Source: a virus. From it: 64,000 nucleotides of DNA. Where the stretch lies: IMG/VR virus record IMGVR_UViG_3300047476_000982, positions 1 to 64,000 of that record. One strand, given 5' to 3'. Positions 36,431-47,800 of this stretch are shown piece after piece (position 1 is the stretch's first letter; the number at the start of each line of letters is the position of its first letter). The translations under genes and the position numbers were made by a program. Below the pieces are notes generated by a model, which had not been told where the DNA came from, made no database searches, and was given only the letters and a program-made list of their open reading frames with translations.

Positions 36431-39391
36431 TTATGCTTTTGTATAAGTTATATGTATAGAAAGCAATTCTGCTGTTGCTGCTAATGTATCACCAGCTGCT
36501 GCAGGGTTTCTATACGCTCTAAATTGAACAAAATTTCCAGCTGCTGGAGTACCACCAATAGTAATTGCTGATGTTGCTGCTGATATATTAACATCATCAT
36601 TAGCTTGGTTTGCGTCTGTTACTTCTTGTGCTGTGCCAAATGCTTGATCTAAAGCATCGCCATCAGCGTAAGCCCGCGCTTGTAGTCCCCAAACTACAGA
36701 GTTTGTTGATGCATTACCTGCAACCCAATAAAATTTTGCAGTAATAGTTCCACCATTATAATCTGATGGCATTGGTATTGCCCAGTTAGCATATAATGTT
36801 GTAGCACCATCTGCAAATCCTAAATAATAAAAATTAACTTGGTTAGTTGTTGTTTGTGTTGTTTGCGGAGGTTGACAACCGTTAGTTAATGAAGGCCATC
36901 CACCTGCTGCTGTAAGTATTATTGTACCAGTAGTTGATCCACCACCTCCTGGTGTAGCAATTGTTAAAATATTACCTGATGAATCAAATGCAAGTACACC
37001 AGCTGCAGTACCAGTAAATGATGTGGTTGTAGTATACTGAGGTAGTTGTATTTGACCAGTATTTTTTAGTATTAATGTGTTTGTACTTGGTGCAAGTCCA
37101 GTAGAAGTTCCATATCCAATCACAAATTGACTTGTCGCATAATAAGTGAAATATGGATTACTACTTGCAAATCCATGTCCTGTAAAAAATCCTCCAGAAG
37201 TTCTTTCTAATGTTATACCAGCTGCATCTCCACCAGTAACTACTTGTAATTTACCAGAAGTAGGACTTGTAGTATTTATACCTAAGTTACCAGCATCTGA
37301 TAGAGTCATTCTTTTTTGAGTACCTTGAGTATAGAAAGTTAAACCCGATGCTTGGTTAGTTCTGATTTGGAGTTCTCCAGCCGCATATAAAATAGAGTTG
37401 GCATTACTTGCTGCTCCAAAATATAAACTGCCTCCTGTAGTTCCATCTCCTATAATAGCAATATTACCACTTCCTGATATATCTAGTGTTGCTCTTGGAG
37501 AAGTTACAACTCCTACACCTACATTACCTCTAAGTACAGTCCGTGTGATACTATTATTACCTAAAGTAGCAGTATTTGAACCGTGTCCAACATTATTAGA
37601 TCCAATTACTATTTCATTTTGTCCATTACTTTGAGAAGCATATGCAGCATATCCTACATATACTGAACTATCTGCTGTTGTATTTTCTGTAACTCCACCT
37701 CCTAGATATCCTCCTGCACCATTTCCTATTGCTACATTTTGAGTTCCATCTGTATTTCCTACTAAAGCACTATTTCCTATAGCTGTATTAAATGAACCTC
37801 CTGTATTAGCAAATAAAGCGCCGTCACCAAGAGCAACATTTTCTGCTCCATTAGTATTATTTCTCATTGCTGTAGCTCCTACAGCCGTATTAGAATATCC
37901 TGTAGTACTTCCTGATAAAGCAAACCATCCTATTGCGGTATTTCTATCAAGAGATCCCGCTGATCTGGCTAATGCTGCAAGACCAAAAGCAGTATTTGAA
38001 GTAGTCGTATCATTTCCTGTACCTATAGTAAGGCCTGCTACTTGTATATTTCCACTACTTGTAATATTACCAGTTACTGTTAAAGTAGTTCCATTAAATG
38101 TTAAATTACTTTCTACAGTTGCATTTGGAGCAGTACCATTAAGAGTTATTACACCATTATCTGTAGTTCCAGTTAAAGTTAGCGTGCCGCTAGTTCCACT
38201 CGATCCAGAAGAACCTGATGATCCTGTATTACCAGAAGTTCCTGAACTACCTGATGAACCTGAACTACCAGAAGATCCAGGAGAGCCAGTTTGACCTGAT
38301 GAACCTGAACTACCAGAAGTTCCTGAACTACCAGGTGAACCAGTTTGACCTGATGAGCCTGAACTACCAGAAGTTCCAGAAGTACCTGGAGCTCCTGTTT
38401 GTCCAGATGAACCTGATGAACCTGAACTACCTGAAGATCCATTAGCGCCTGAAGTACCTGAGCTGCCACTAGATCCAGATGATCCATTTGCTCCAGAGGT
38501 ACCAGAAGATCCTGAATTTCCAGATGAGCCAGAAGAACCGCTAGATCCACTTGAACCGTTAGCACCACTAGTACCTGATGAGCCACTAGATCCATTTGCT
38601 CCGGAAGTTCCTGAGGATCCTGATGACCCTCGAGTACCTGATGTACCAGATGAGCCAGAAGAACCGCTTGATCCGCTAGAGCCGTTTGCTCCACTTGTTC
38701 CACTAGATCCTGCAGTACCGCTAGATCCTGCGCTTCCAGACGAGCCAGAAGATCCATTTGCGCCTGATGTACCTGCGCTACCAGATGAACCACTTGATCC
38801 ATTAGCCCCACTTGTTCCAGAAGAGCCGGCACTACCTGAAGATCCTGAGCTACCAGATGAACCTGACGACCCATTGGCTCCACTTGTTCCAGAAGATCCT
38901 GATGATCCACTAGAACCGGAAGTGCCAGATGAACCAGCTGCAGCTACCCAAGTGCTACCATTATATCTATAAATGTTATTATCTGAAGTATTGTAATATA
39001 TTTGACCTGCAGCAGTACCTGTTGGATTTGATGCAGCTACGGGTATTCTTAATGATCCTGTTAAATTAGTACTACCTGTTACAGTAAAACTACCACTAAT
39101 ATCTAATGTAGCATTTAATAAAGTTTCTTTACCTACACCTACTGTTGATTGAGAAACAAATAAAGCTCTTTGACCAAATTGACCAATACGTACTGTATTG
39201 TCAGAAAAAGCTTCTATAATAGGAAGGCCCGCTGCTGTATTGACTGAGAATAACGAACCAGAAAGAGAGTCATCAATCTGGAATAAACGACCAGATGTTC
39301 CATCTACTGAAAATACTTCTGACCCAGAAGAATTAATGTTGGCTGATCCTGAGACCAGCAGGCCGTTTTTTACTTTAAATTCGTTTGGCAT
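36431..39391 (-). CDS. Collagen-like tail fibre (986 aa) with YadA-like head repeats and a C-terminal beta-sandwich
   Basis: ~250 aa of (S/T-S/T-G)n; NTA(I/V/F)G..A(L/M) 14-mer repeats; W-rich C-terminal domain. Confidence 0.75.
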   Translation of the reverse strand: MPNEFKVKNGLLVSGSANINSSGSEVFSVDGTSGRLFQIDDSLSGSLFSVNTAAGLPIIEAFSDNTVRIGQFGQRALFVSQSTVGVGKETLLNATLDISGSFTVTGSTNLTGSLRIPVAASNPTGTAAGQIYYNTSDNNIYRYNGSTWVAAAGSSGTSGSSGSSGSSGTSGANGSSGSSGSSGSSGSAGSSGTSGANGSSGSSGSAGTSGANGSSGSSGSAGSSGTAGSSGTSGANGSSGSSGSSGSSGTSGTRGSSGSSGTSGANGSSGSSGTSGANGSSGSSGSSGSSGNSGSSGTSGANGSSGSSGSSGTSGANGSSGSSGSSGSSGQTGAPGTSGTSGSSGSSGQTGSPGSSGTSGSSGSSGQTGSPGSSGSSGSSGSSGTSGNTGSSGSSGSSGTSGTLTLTGTTDNGVITLNGTAPNATVESNLTFNGTTLTVTGNITSSGNIQVAGLTIGTGNDTTTSNTAFGLAALARSAGSLDRNTAIGWFALSGSTTGYSNTAVGATAMRNNTNGAENVALGDGALFANTGGSFNTAIGNSALVGNTDGTQNVAIGNGAGGYLGGGVTENTTADSSVYVGYAAYASQSNGQNEIVIGSNNVGHGSNTATLGNNSITRTVLRGNVGVGVVTSPRATLDISGSGNIAIIGDGTTGGSLYFGAASNANSILYAAGELQIRTNQASGLTFYTQGTQKRMTLSDAGNLGINTTSPTSGKLQVVTGGDAAGITLERTSGGFFTGHGFASSNPYFTYYATSQFVIGYGTSTGLAPSTNTLILKNTGQIQLPQYTTTTSFTGTAAGVLAFDSSGNILTIATPGGGGSTTGTIILTAAGGWPSLTNGCQPPQTTQTTTNQVNFYYLGFADGATTLYANWAIPMPSDYNGGTITAKFYWVAGNASTNSVVWGLQARAYADGDALDQAFGTAQEVTDANQANDDVNISAATSAITIGGTPAAGNFVQFRAYRNPAAAGDTLAATAELLSIHITYTKA
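38185..38942 (-). repeat. Gly-X-Y coding repeat (Ser/Thr-rich)
   Basis: Gly at every third codon throughout; synonymous codons scrambled. Confidence 0.9.
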
Positions 39392-39425
39392 AGTCTATAC
39401 TGTTTTCACTTTCCAACAGCTATGA

Positions 39426-39433
39426 ATAAATAT
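39426..39433 (-). promoter_or_regulatory. ATATTTAT motif followed by a hairpin leader
   Basis: ~35 nt upstream of the ATG at 39391. Confidence 0.55.
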
Positions 39434-39434
39434 A

Positions 39435-39692
39435 CTACGGAATTGGATTAGGATTAGTCCATTCGGGAGTTGTTAAAATATTTAGCATTTCATTATAAGT
39501 GTATGGTCCTTCTTTAGTAGTTAATGAATCTACTGATGGTGGAATAGTTGTTCCGTCCCATTTTATAAATGTTTTTGTTTCGTCTACTGATTTTCTTACT
39601 GTGTCAGCTGATGTTTCTAATACTTGATTAAAATCAATTTGTGGCAATTCTGATACATTGAAGATCATGAATTCTCTGTTTTCGTATGACAT
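39435..39692 (-). CDS. Small acidic protein accompanying the LamG genes
   Basis: 85 aa; starts 3 nt after the LamG stop. Confidence 0.6.
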   Translation of the reverse strand: MSYENREFMIFNVSELPQIDFNQVLETSADTVRKSVDETKTFIKWDGTTIPPSVDSLTTKEGPYTYNEMLNILTTPEWTNPNPIP

Positions 39693-39695
39693 AGT

Positions 39696-40367
39696 TTATA
39701 AATTAAATCGTAATTTTTGTGCGTTATAATTTTGTAGGATTTCTATAGCCGAGAGAGCTTTATTATATATTTTAGTAGATGCTATTTTTCCGCTCCAAGC
39801 ATAACCAGCACCTGAACTCCATTGAGCCAATACTATATTACCGGTTCCTGATGATCCAGGGGCGTGAGTGTAACTAGCATCTAATAATCCATTTACGTAT
39901 ATTATAGATGAAGAACCATTCCAAGTCCAAGCCGTATGATACCAGGTGTTTGCAACAACAACGGTATTGCTACTATCAGTAGTAAAAAGCCAACTACTAC
40001 CATTTCCTAAATGAATATTAAATTTATTTGTTGTTGTTATTTCGTATCTTAAAGATGTATTTTGATCTAAAAATATATTTTGTGTACCATCTACAACAGC
40101 TGTATTTAAAAAAAGTTCTATAGTAAAATTACTTAAAGAAGGTATTGAATTTGTTACTGTACAATTATCATCTGCTCCATCAAATACAATTATACCTCCA
40201 TTAGTAGAACTAAAAGTAGGTCCATTAGTTAAAGTACCATTATTTCCATTTCCAGACATATCTCTCCAAGTAGTTCCACTACCAGGATAAGAATTTTTAT
40301 CGGCTGCATCTAATGCTAATACTAATCCGTTTGTTACTATTTTACCAAATGCAAATTGTGTTGCCAT
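39696..40367 (-). CDS. LamG/concanavalin-A-like lectin domain protein
   Basis: GLVLALDAADKNSYPGSGTTW; FDGADD; WYHTAWTWNG..IYVNG; IYNKALS..EILQNYNA. Confidence 0.85.
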   Translation of the reverse strand: MATQFAFGKIVTNGLVLALDAADKNSYPGSGTTWRDMSGNGNNGTLTNGPTFSSTNGGIIVFDGADDNCTVTNSIPSLSNFTIELFLNTAVVDGTQNIFLDQNTSLRYEITTTNKFNIHLGNGSSWLFTTDSSNTVVVANTWYHTAWTWNGSSSIIYVNGLLDASYTHAPGSSGTGNIVLAQWSSGAGYAWSGKIASTKIYNKALSAIEILQNYNAQKLRFNL

Positions 40368-40371
40368 AACT

Positions 40372-40497
40372 TTATAGATTATTTATCCAATTTTGACATT
40401 CTTCATAAGTAACTCCCCAATATACTTGATTATTATTTTCATCAACTACATAAAAAGGAGGAAGTGTTTCTACTGATCCACTTATAAAAATATTCAT
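40372..40497 (-). CDS. Small 41-aa protein missing from the ORF track (MNIFISGSVETLPPFYVVDENNNQVYWGVTYEECQNWINNL)
   Basis: ATG at 40495-40497, TAA at 40372-40374; fills the gap between two LamG genes. Confidence 0.6.
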   Translation of the reverse strand: MNIFISGSVETLPPFYVVDENNNQVYWGVTYEECQNWINNL

Positions 40498-40510
40498 ATT
40501 TTGTTCTATA

Positions 40511-41158
40511 TTATAAGCCATATCTTGATTTATTAGCATTATAATTGTAAATTATTTCATTGTCTGATAATTCTCTATTATAAAAATAGATTTCTTTAAC
40601 TTTACTAGTACCTGCTGCTTCTGGACCATATAATCCTATTGCTGCTGTTGCTGATGTAGTAGGACCTATATTTCCTGTAGTTCCACTTCTTCCTCCTGTT
40701 TTAGCTCCATTTTTCCACATTATTCCTCCTCCACTAGATGTATTAAATTGTAAAACTATATTTGCTATTTCTCCACTAACCATCCAAGCACCACTGCCTG
40801 CTATACCCGTCCAACCATTTCCTGTAGTATACCCATACCAAACTAATAATCCATCTTGATTATTACCTAAATAATTTTCAAAATGATATAATATAAAAGA
40901 AGCATTAACATTATAAGCTGTATTCCATTTTGCAACAGGATGGTTAGCATAACCCGTTCCAGTGCCTGTTTTTTCTAACCATAATTGAACTGTTATTTGA
41001 GAAGCATTATTTGCCCATGATGGATCTCCAGGTGAAGTTCCTCCATTAACTAAACTATACCATGTAGCTCCTGTTCCTAAATATGAATTTTTGTCGATGC
41101 CAGAGTAGGCATCTACTAATCCACTTTCAATTATATTTGGTCCACCTGATATTCCCAT
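40511..41158 (-). CDS. Divergent LamG-like lectin domain protein
   Basis: DKNSYLGTGATW N-terminal motif; FYNRELSDNEIIYNYNA C-terminal motif. Confidence 0.75.
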   Translation of the reverse strand: MGISGGPNIIESGLVDAYSGIDKNSYLGTGATWYSLVNGGTSPGDPSWANNASQITVQLWLEKTGTGTGYANHPVAKWNTAYNVNASFILYHFENYLGNNQDGLLVWYGYTTGNGWTGIAGSGAWMVSGEIANIVLQFNTSSGGGIMWKNGAKTGGRSGTTGNIGPTTSATAAIGLYGPEAAGTSKVKEIYFYNRELSDNEIIYNYNANKSRYGL

Positions 41159-41160
41159 AG

Positions 41161-41829
41161 TTATAAGCCGAAGCGTGATTTTTGTGCGTTATAGTTTTGC
41201 AGTACTTGAGAAACAGATAGTGATTGATTATATACTCTCATTAAAAATGTTGAAAAATTTGAACAATATATAATATCAGATCCTAGTCTAGCCATAGTAG
41301 CCCATGTAAATTGTCCTGATCTAGACCCAGTATTTATTAAAATCCCATTAACATATAAAGAAACTAAATTAGATGAGTCTCTTGTAACAACTGTATGAAA
41401 AATTGTATTTAAAGGAAAATTATAAGATATAGATAAACTATTAACACCACCTGCTTGATTCCACATAAGAAAGCTAGTAGAATTAAAAATCATCATACTA
41501 TTTCCTCCAGAACTACCTAGCCAATGAACTCTTGATAGTGTTTGACTAGCAAAGTTTGGTATTGATAGTATAATTTCAGCAGAGAATGGACTTGCATCTG
41601 CAAAATCTATTGCTGTACCAAAATTTAAAAAATCATTTGTTCCATCAAATGTAATATTCCCTCCATTTACGGAACTAAAAGCTGGGCTATTGTTTAGACT
41701 TGAGTTATTTCTGCTAGTTGATAAATCAGTCCAAGTGGTTCCACTACCAGGATAAGAATTCCTATCAGCAGCATCTAGATTTAATACTAATCCACTAGTA
41801 ACAATTCTTGGTCCATTTCCAAATGCCAT
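41161..41829 (-). CDS. LamG/concanavalin-A-like lectin domain protein
   Basis: GLVLNLDAADRNSYPGSGTTW; FDGTND; LYVNG; VYNQSLS..QVLQNYNAQK. Confidence 0.85.
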   Translation of the reverse strand: MAFGNGPRIVTSGLVLNLDAADRNSYPGSGTTWTDLSTSRNNSSLNNSPAFSSVNGGNITFDGTNDFLNFGTAIDFADASPFSAEIILSIPNFASQTLSRVHWLGSSGGNSMMIFNSTSFLMWNQAGGVNSLSISYNFPLNTIFHTVVTRDSSNLVSLYVNGILINTGSRSGQFTWATMARLGSDIIYCSNFSTFLMRVYNQSLSVSQVLQNYNAQKSRFGL

Positions 41830-41840
41830 ACACCTTTATT

Positions 41841-44800
41841 TTATAATAAGTTAGCAATTGATTTTACTGTCCAAACACCAGATGATGTAAATTGAAGTTG
41901 CACATTTGCTCCTGATATACCTACTGCAAATAAAGCAGAGTTGGTATTTCCTATATCAGTAGTTGTTACTTCAGTAAATCTTACGGTTGTTCCATTCCAA
42001 ACACTCATTACTTGACCTGATCTTGCATTTGATCCAGAAGCTATTGTATAGTTATAGAATGCAGATGTTGCAGAACCTGTGTTTATTGATGATACTACTA
42101 CTGCACCAGTTGTTGTAATAGATGATGTAGAATTAAATTCTGCTATACCTAAATCTAATGGTCCACCATTTATTAATACAGATCCTGTAAATTGGTGAGT
42201 ATTAGTAGTCAGCGTACCAAATCTAGTTGATCCAGTTATAAAGCTTACACTTGATGTTACTGTTTGAACACTAAGTGTCTGAGCAGTTATTGTACCTGTT
42301 GAAGTTACATTACCAGTTACTGTTAATGTGCTACCATCAAATGTTAAGTTTGCTTCTGCGTTTGCAGTATTAGTCGTACCTAGAGATGTTAATACCCTAT
42401 TGTCAACAGGGTTAGTAATTGTATTGAATCCTGTACCTGAAGTTCCTGAGCTGCCAGATGATCCGGAAGATCCACTACTACCATTTGCACCTGAAGTTCC
42501 ACTTGATCCTGATGTACCTGAGCTACCTGAAGTACCTGATGAACCAGAACTACCATTTGCTCCAGACGTGCCTGATGATCCTGAGCTACCTGATGAACCA
42601 TTTGCCCCACTAGTGCCTGATGAACCGCTTGATCCATTTGCACCTGAAGTTCCACTTGATCCAGATGAGCCAGAGCTACCATTAGCTCCAGATGTACCTG
42701 ATGAACCGCTTGATCCATTTGCACCTGAAGTTCCACTTGATCCAGATGAGCCAGAGCTACCATTAGCTCCAGATGTACCTGATGAACCGCTAGATCCGTT
42801 AGCACCTGAAGTTCCTGATGAACCGGAAGAACCGCTAGAACCAGATGATCCATTTGCTCCAGATGTGCCTGATGAACCCGATGTACCTGATGAACCACTT
42901 GAACCATTAGCTCCTGATGTACCTGATGAACCAGAAGATCCCCGAGTACCTGAAGTTCCTGAACTACCACTAGTACCATTTGCTCCAGATGTGCCTGATG
43001 ATCCTGATGTACCGGAACTACCATTTGCACCTGATGTGCCTGAACTACCAGAACTACCATTAGCTCCACTAGTTCCACTTGATCCTGATGTACCTGATGA
43101 TCCTGATGTACCTGATGAACCACTTGAACCATTAGCTCCACTAGTTCCTGATGATCCAGATGTGCCTGAAGATCCAGAAGTTCCAGATGACCCAGAAGTT
43201 CCGCTTGAACCAGCAGCCGCTAACCAAGTAGTACCATTATATCTGTAGATATTATTGTCTGTACTATTATAATATATTTGACCTGCTGATGTACCAACTG
43301 GATTAGTTGTAGATACGGGTATTCTTAAAGATCCTGTTATAGAAACAGATCCTGTGAATTGATGCGTATTAGTTAATAAAGATCCATTAATACTTGAGCC
43401 AGTAACATATTCTCTAGATGAAGTTACTTCTTGTACATTTAAAGTTTGCGCTATAATATTTCCAACTACAGTTAAAGTAGTTCCATCAAAAGTTAAATTA
43501 GCTTCAGCATTTGCTGTATTAGTCGTACCTAGAGATGTAAGTATTCTATTATCTGCTGGGTTAGTAATAGTATTAAAACCAGTACCTGAAGTTCCTGAGC
43601 TACCTGATGATCCACTAGAACCAGAAGAACCACTTACTCCACTTGTTCCACTAGATCCTGCAGTACCGCTAGATCCACTAGTTCCTGAAGAGCCACTTGA
43701 ACCATTTGCGCCAGATGTACCTGAGCTACCTGAAGTACCTGATGAACCAGAACTACCATTTGCACCTGATGTACCAGAAGAACCACTTGAGCCGCTTGAT
43801 CCATTTGCACCTGAAGTTCCACTTGATCCTGACGTACCGCTAGATCCAGAAGTTCCAGATGAGCCAGAAGATCCATTTGCTCCACTTGTTCCAGAAGAAC
43901 CAGATGTACCTGATGAACCACTTGAACCATTAGCTCCACTAGTTCCACTTGTACCAGATGAACCAGCGCCAGATAACCAAGTAGATCCATTATAACGATA
44001 AATGTTATCGTCAGTCGTATTATAATATACTTGACCTTCTTCTGTACCAGTAGGAGTTGAAGCGTATACTGGGAATCTTAGTGAGCCTGAAATAATTGTT
44101 GAACCAGATATTGTTAATCCATTTGTATATCTACCTGAACCAGATACGTCAAAGCTAAATTGAGGATTAGGTTGATTAATACCTATTCTACCATTAGCAG
44201 AGCCAGAGAATGGATTCGCAGTATATGTTGTATAGTTACTATTTACTCCTTGCCAAGCAGATCCTGTAGCAAATATTAAACCTCCTATATTGATGCTATC
44301 TTGAGCATTTGTTGGTAATGAAATATTTGTACCTATTATAATGTTGTTTCTTCCTAGAGTAGAGTTTCTCCCAGAGAATGAACCTATAATTATAGAATTA
44401 GAACCACTAGTTAAAGAATTGCCAGTGCCATTTCCTATTATAATTGATGAAATACTATTATTAGACAAACTAAATGCATCAAACCCAATAGCAATACTAT
44501 AGCTACCTGTTTTTGCAGAATACGCTGTAGAATTTCCTATAAATGTAGATCTAGTTGCTCCTTTAACTCCGTATGCAGCACTCTCTCCTATAGCAACTAT
44601 TTCAGAAGAATTTACTAATCCATTTCCTGAAAGCCATCCAATTAAAACGGATTCTTGGCTATTAATTGTATTTAGTCCTGCATATGCGCCTACTACTACA
44701 TTATAAAAATTATTGTCTGAATTTTTTCCAGCACTAGCTCCTATTAAAACTGCATCTGATGAAGCTGTACTATTAGCTGCTACTGAATCTCCTATTAACA

Positions 44801-47800
44801 CATTATCTCCTGAATTAGAAAATACTACAATAGATCCACTATGTATATTATTTCCTATAGCAACACTTCCATAATTATAAACATCTGTTTTATATGATGT
44901 TCCAACAGTAGAATATATAGTACTACCACTAACAGCTAAAGGATAAGATGAACTAATAGCATTTCTTGCCCAACTAGCAGTTCCGAATAACGAACTTGTT
45001 ATAGAAGTAGCAGAAATATTATCTACATTAGTAATGTCATTTCCATCAAGAGATAAATTTCCTTGCATTGCTCTAGTACCATCAACTAACAAATATTGTT
45101 GATGATCATCTGCATCTAACCCTAATAAGTTTCCATGTAAAGTAACTACGCCTGTTCTAGAAGGCGATGCAAAACCAAGCCTAGGTCTTTCATCAATTAT
45201 AGATTGAATACTAGCACTATCTGGGGTTACTACTATGGAAGCAAATAAAGCAAATTGCTCTGTTACAAAGCTTGGAGGAGTCGGTAAAGAACCTGCTTCA
45301 GCAGCTTCAACATTATCATATAAATCTTGACCATAAACAAGGAAATACCTTGTTGTAGGAAGACCTATCATATATAATGAATGCTTAGTATATTTTCCAG
45401 ATGGTATTGATTGCAAAGTACCAAAACTAGCACTATCGTATAAAGTATTACTTGCAGTAGTTTGACTTGCAACTCTAGTAAATCCAGATCCACCAACACC
45501 TGTACCAGCTGATCCGCTTCTATAAAAAGCATCAAAAGTTATAGGAGACGCACCTGTAGTACTTATTCTATGTTCGGAGAAGAAATATATTGCAGAAGTA
45601 ACGTCTAAACTTCTAGATACAATTCCTTGAGTAGTTGTTGCTCCTGATTGGAATATAGGTCCTAATGCATCTCTAAATAATCTGTCTACATAGTTGCTAT
45701 AGTGGTGAGCATCTAAAGGTGTTCTATCTATATAAACTATAGAAGTTGAATCAGTAATAACTCTTCCTAAAGGAACGTTAAATCTAGAGTTAGGTTCAGT
45801 TGCAGAAGAGGTTAATATACCAGAACCATTATAATAAACATATCTATCAGATGAAGTAGGCATTGTTATTTGCCTAGATTCTGTAGTTGTTCCTCTAGTA
45901 TTAATTTTAAATAAATTATGATTAGCATACCCACCTTGACTCATTACGTATCCTACAGACTCTGCTACTTGAAGAGTTAATGCACTAGCAGTACTTAAAG
46001 CACCGCCATCAATAATACCCATCGTACTAGCAAAAGATATTAGATCACCAATTTCTGTTTTAACAGCAGACGGTTCTCTAACCCAATCAAGTCCTCCATA
46101 AAGTACGATTGATGCAGTATTAATTCCAGCACCACCGCTAGGAATTAAAGTGATATTGCCTCTAGGATTAGCAAATATACTTGCAGAAATAGAACTAGAA
46201 ACAGTTAAAGATCCTGTAATTATTACGTTTCCAGGAATAGTAACATTAGTTCCATCATCAGTAATTTGAGAGTCTCCGATATGTTCTCCGCTCTCTCCTG
46301 AATATCCTTTTGTAAGTCTATTTAAAGTTATTTGAGTTTCATTACCTAAATTATTATAGGTTTCAGGACCCATAATTCCAATAGAACTAGTCGGTGATGA
46401 TCCAGCAGGTTGTTGATGGATCATTATCCATCTATCTTTAGTGGAATCAAATAACCAAGATCCTGATCTTTGAGGGCTTGATCCTGAATCAATAACAGCT
46501 AATCCACCATAACGTACAGATGGAGTATTAGAGTTTACAGTAATTAAATTAGTTCCAATATTAAGTGTAGATTCACTTACATATGTAATAGAAGCAGATC
46601 CTAAAACAGTTAAATTTTGTAATATAGTTAAACTTCCTGATACTGTAGTAATGCTACCAGAAACTGTTAATACTGACGAAGCTGTTGCGGCATTTGTAGT
46701 ACCATCTGATACTAAAACTCTATATAATGCTGGATTATTTATTGTATTAAATCCTGTTCCACTAGAGCCAGATGATCCAGAACTACCTGAAGAACCTGAC
46801 GATCCACTTGAACCAGAAGATCCGTTTGCTCCACTAGTTCCACTAGATCCTGACGAACCTGTGGAACCAGAACTACCAGAAGTACCAGTAGAACCTGAGC
46901 TACCGCTAGTACCTGTTGATCCACTAGAACCACTTGATCCAGATGATCCAGCACTACCTGATGAACCAGATGAACCGTTTGCTCCGCTTGTACCAGAACT
47001 ACCGGAAGATCCAGAACTACCACTAGTACCTGTTGATCCGCTTGATCCAGATGAGCCTGCAGTACCACTAGTACCAGATGAACCTGAGCTACCAGATGAA
47101 CCATTAGCTCCTGATGTTCCACTAGATCCGCTTGTGCCAGTAGATCCACTTGAGCCTGAAGATCCAGAACTACCGCTAGATCCTGCTGTACCAGAAGTAC
47201 CACCACCAACAATTAATGATGCTTCAAACCAAGTTCCGTTTCCTGAAGAATTTATATTTTGAGATGTAGGATTTCCTGTATAAGCAGTAACTTCTACATA
47301 ATCTGTTGAACCATTAAAATAAATTATTGCATCTATTTCTTGTGCATAACCTGAGCCAGATAGAATTTGAGTTTGATGTATGGCAATTTGAGTTGTTCCA
47401 TTTTTTCTAAATTGGATATTGCTTTGGTTATTAGTTACAGAACCGGCATCCCACCAAACTTGGGCATTAGTTATATAATAACCTGCAACAGTTGGTTGAA
47501 TTTTATTAGAAGTTAACCAATTATTAGGATCAAAATCATCGCCAAATGTTACAACAGTATCAACACCATTTGATATAGTTTGCGAACCTCCTTGTTTAGT
47601 ACCTCTAACAATATAGTTAGATGCTACAAGTCCTGTTGGTGAAGTACCTGATGAACCTGCAGTACCTGATGAACCACTAGAACCAGAAGTACCAGAGTTA
47701 CCAGACGTACCACTAGATCCACTCGAGCCATTAGCTCCGCTAGTTCCTGCAGATCCACTTGAACCTGATGTCCCTGAACTTCCAGAAGATCCAGAAGAAC

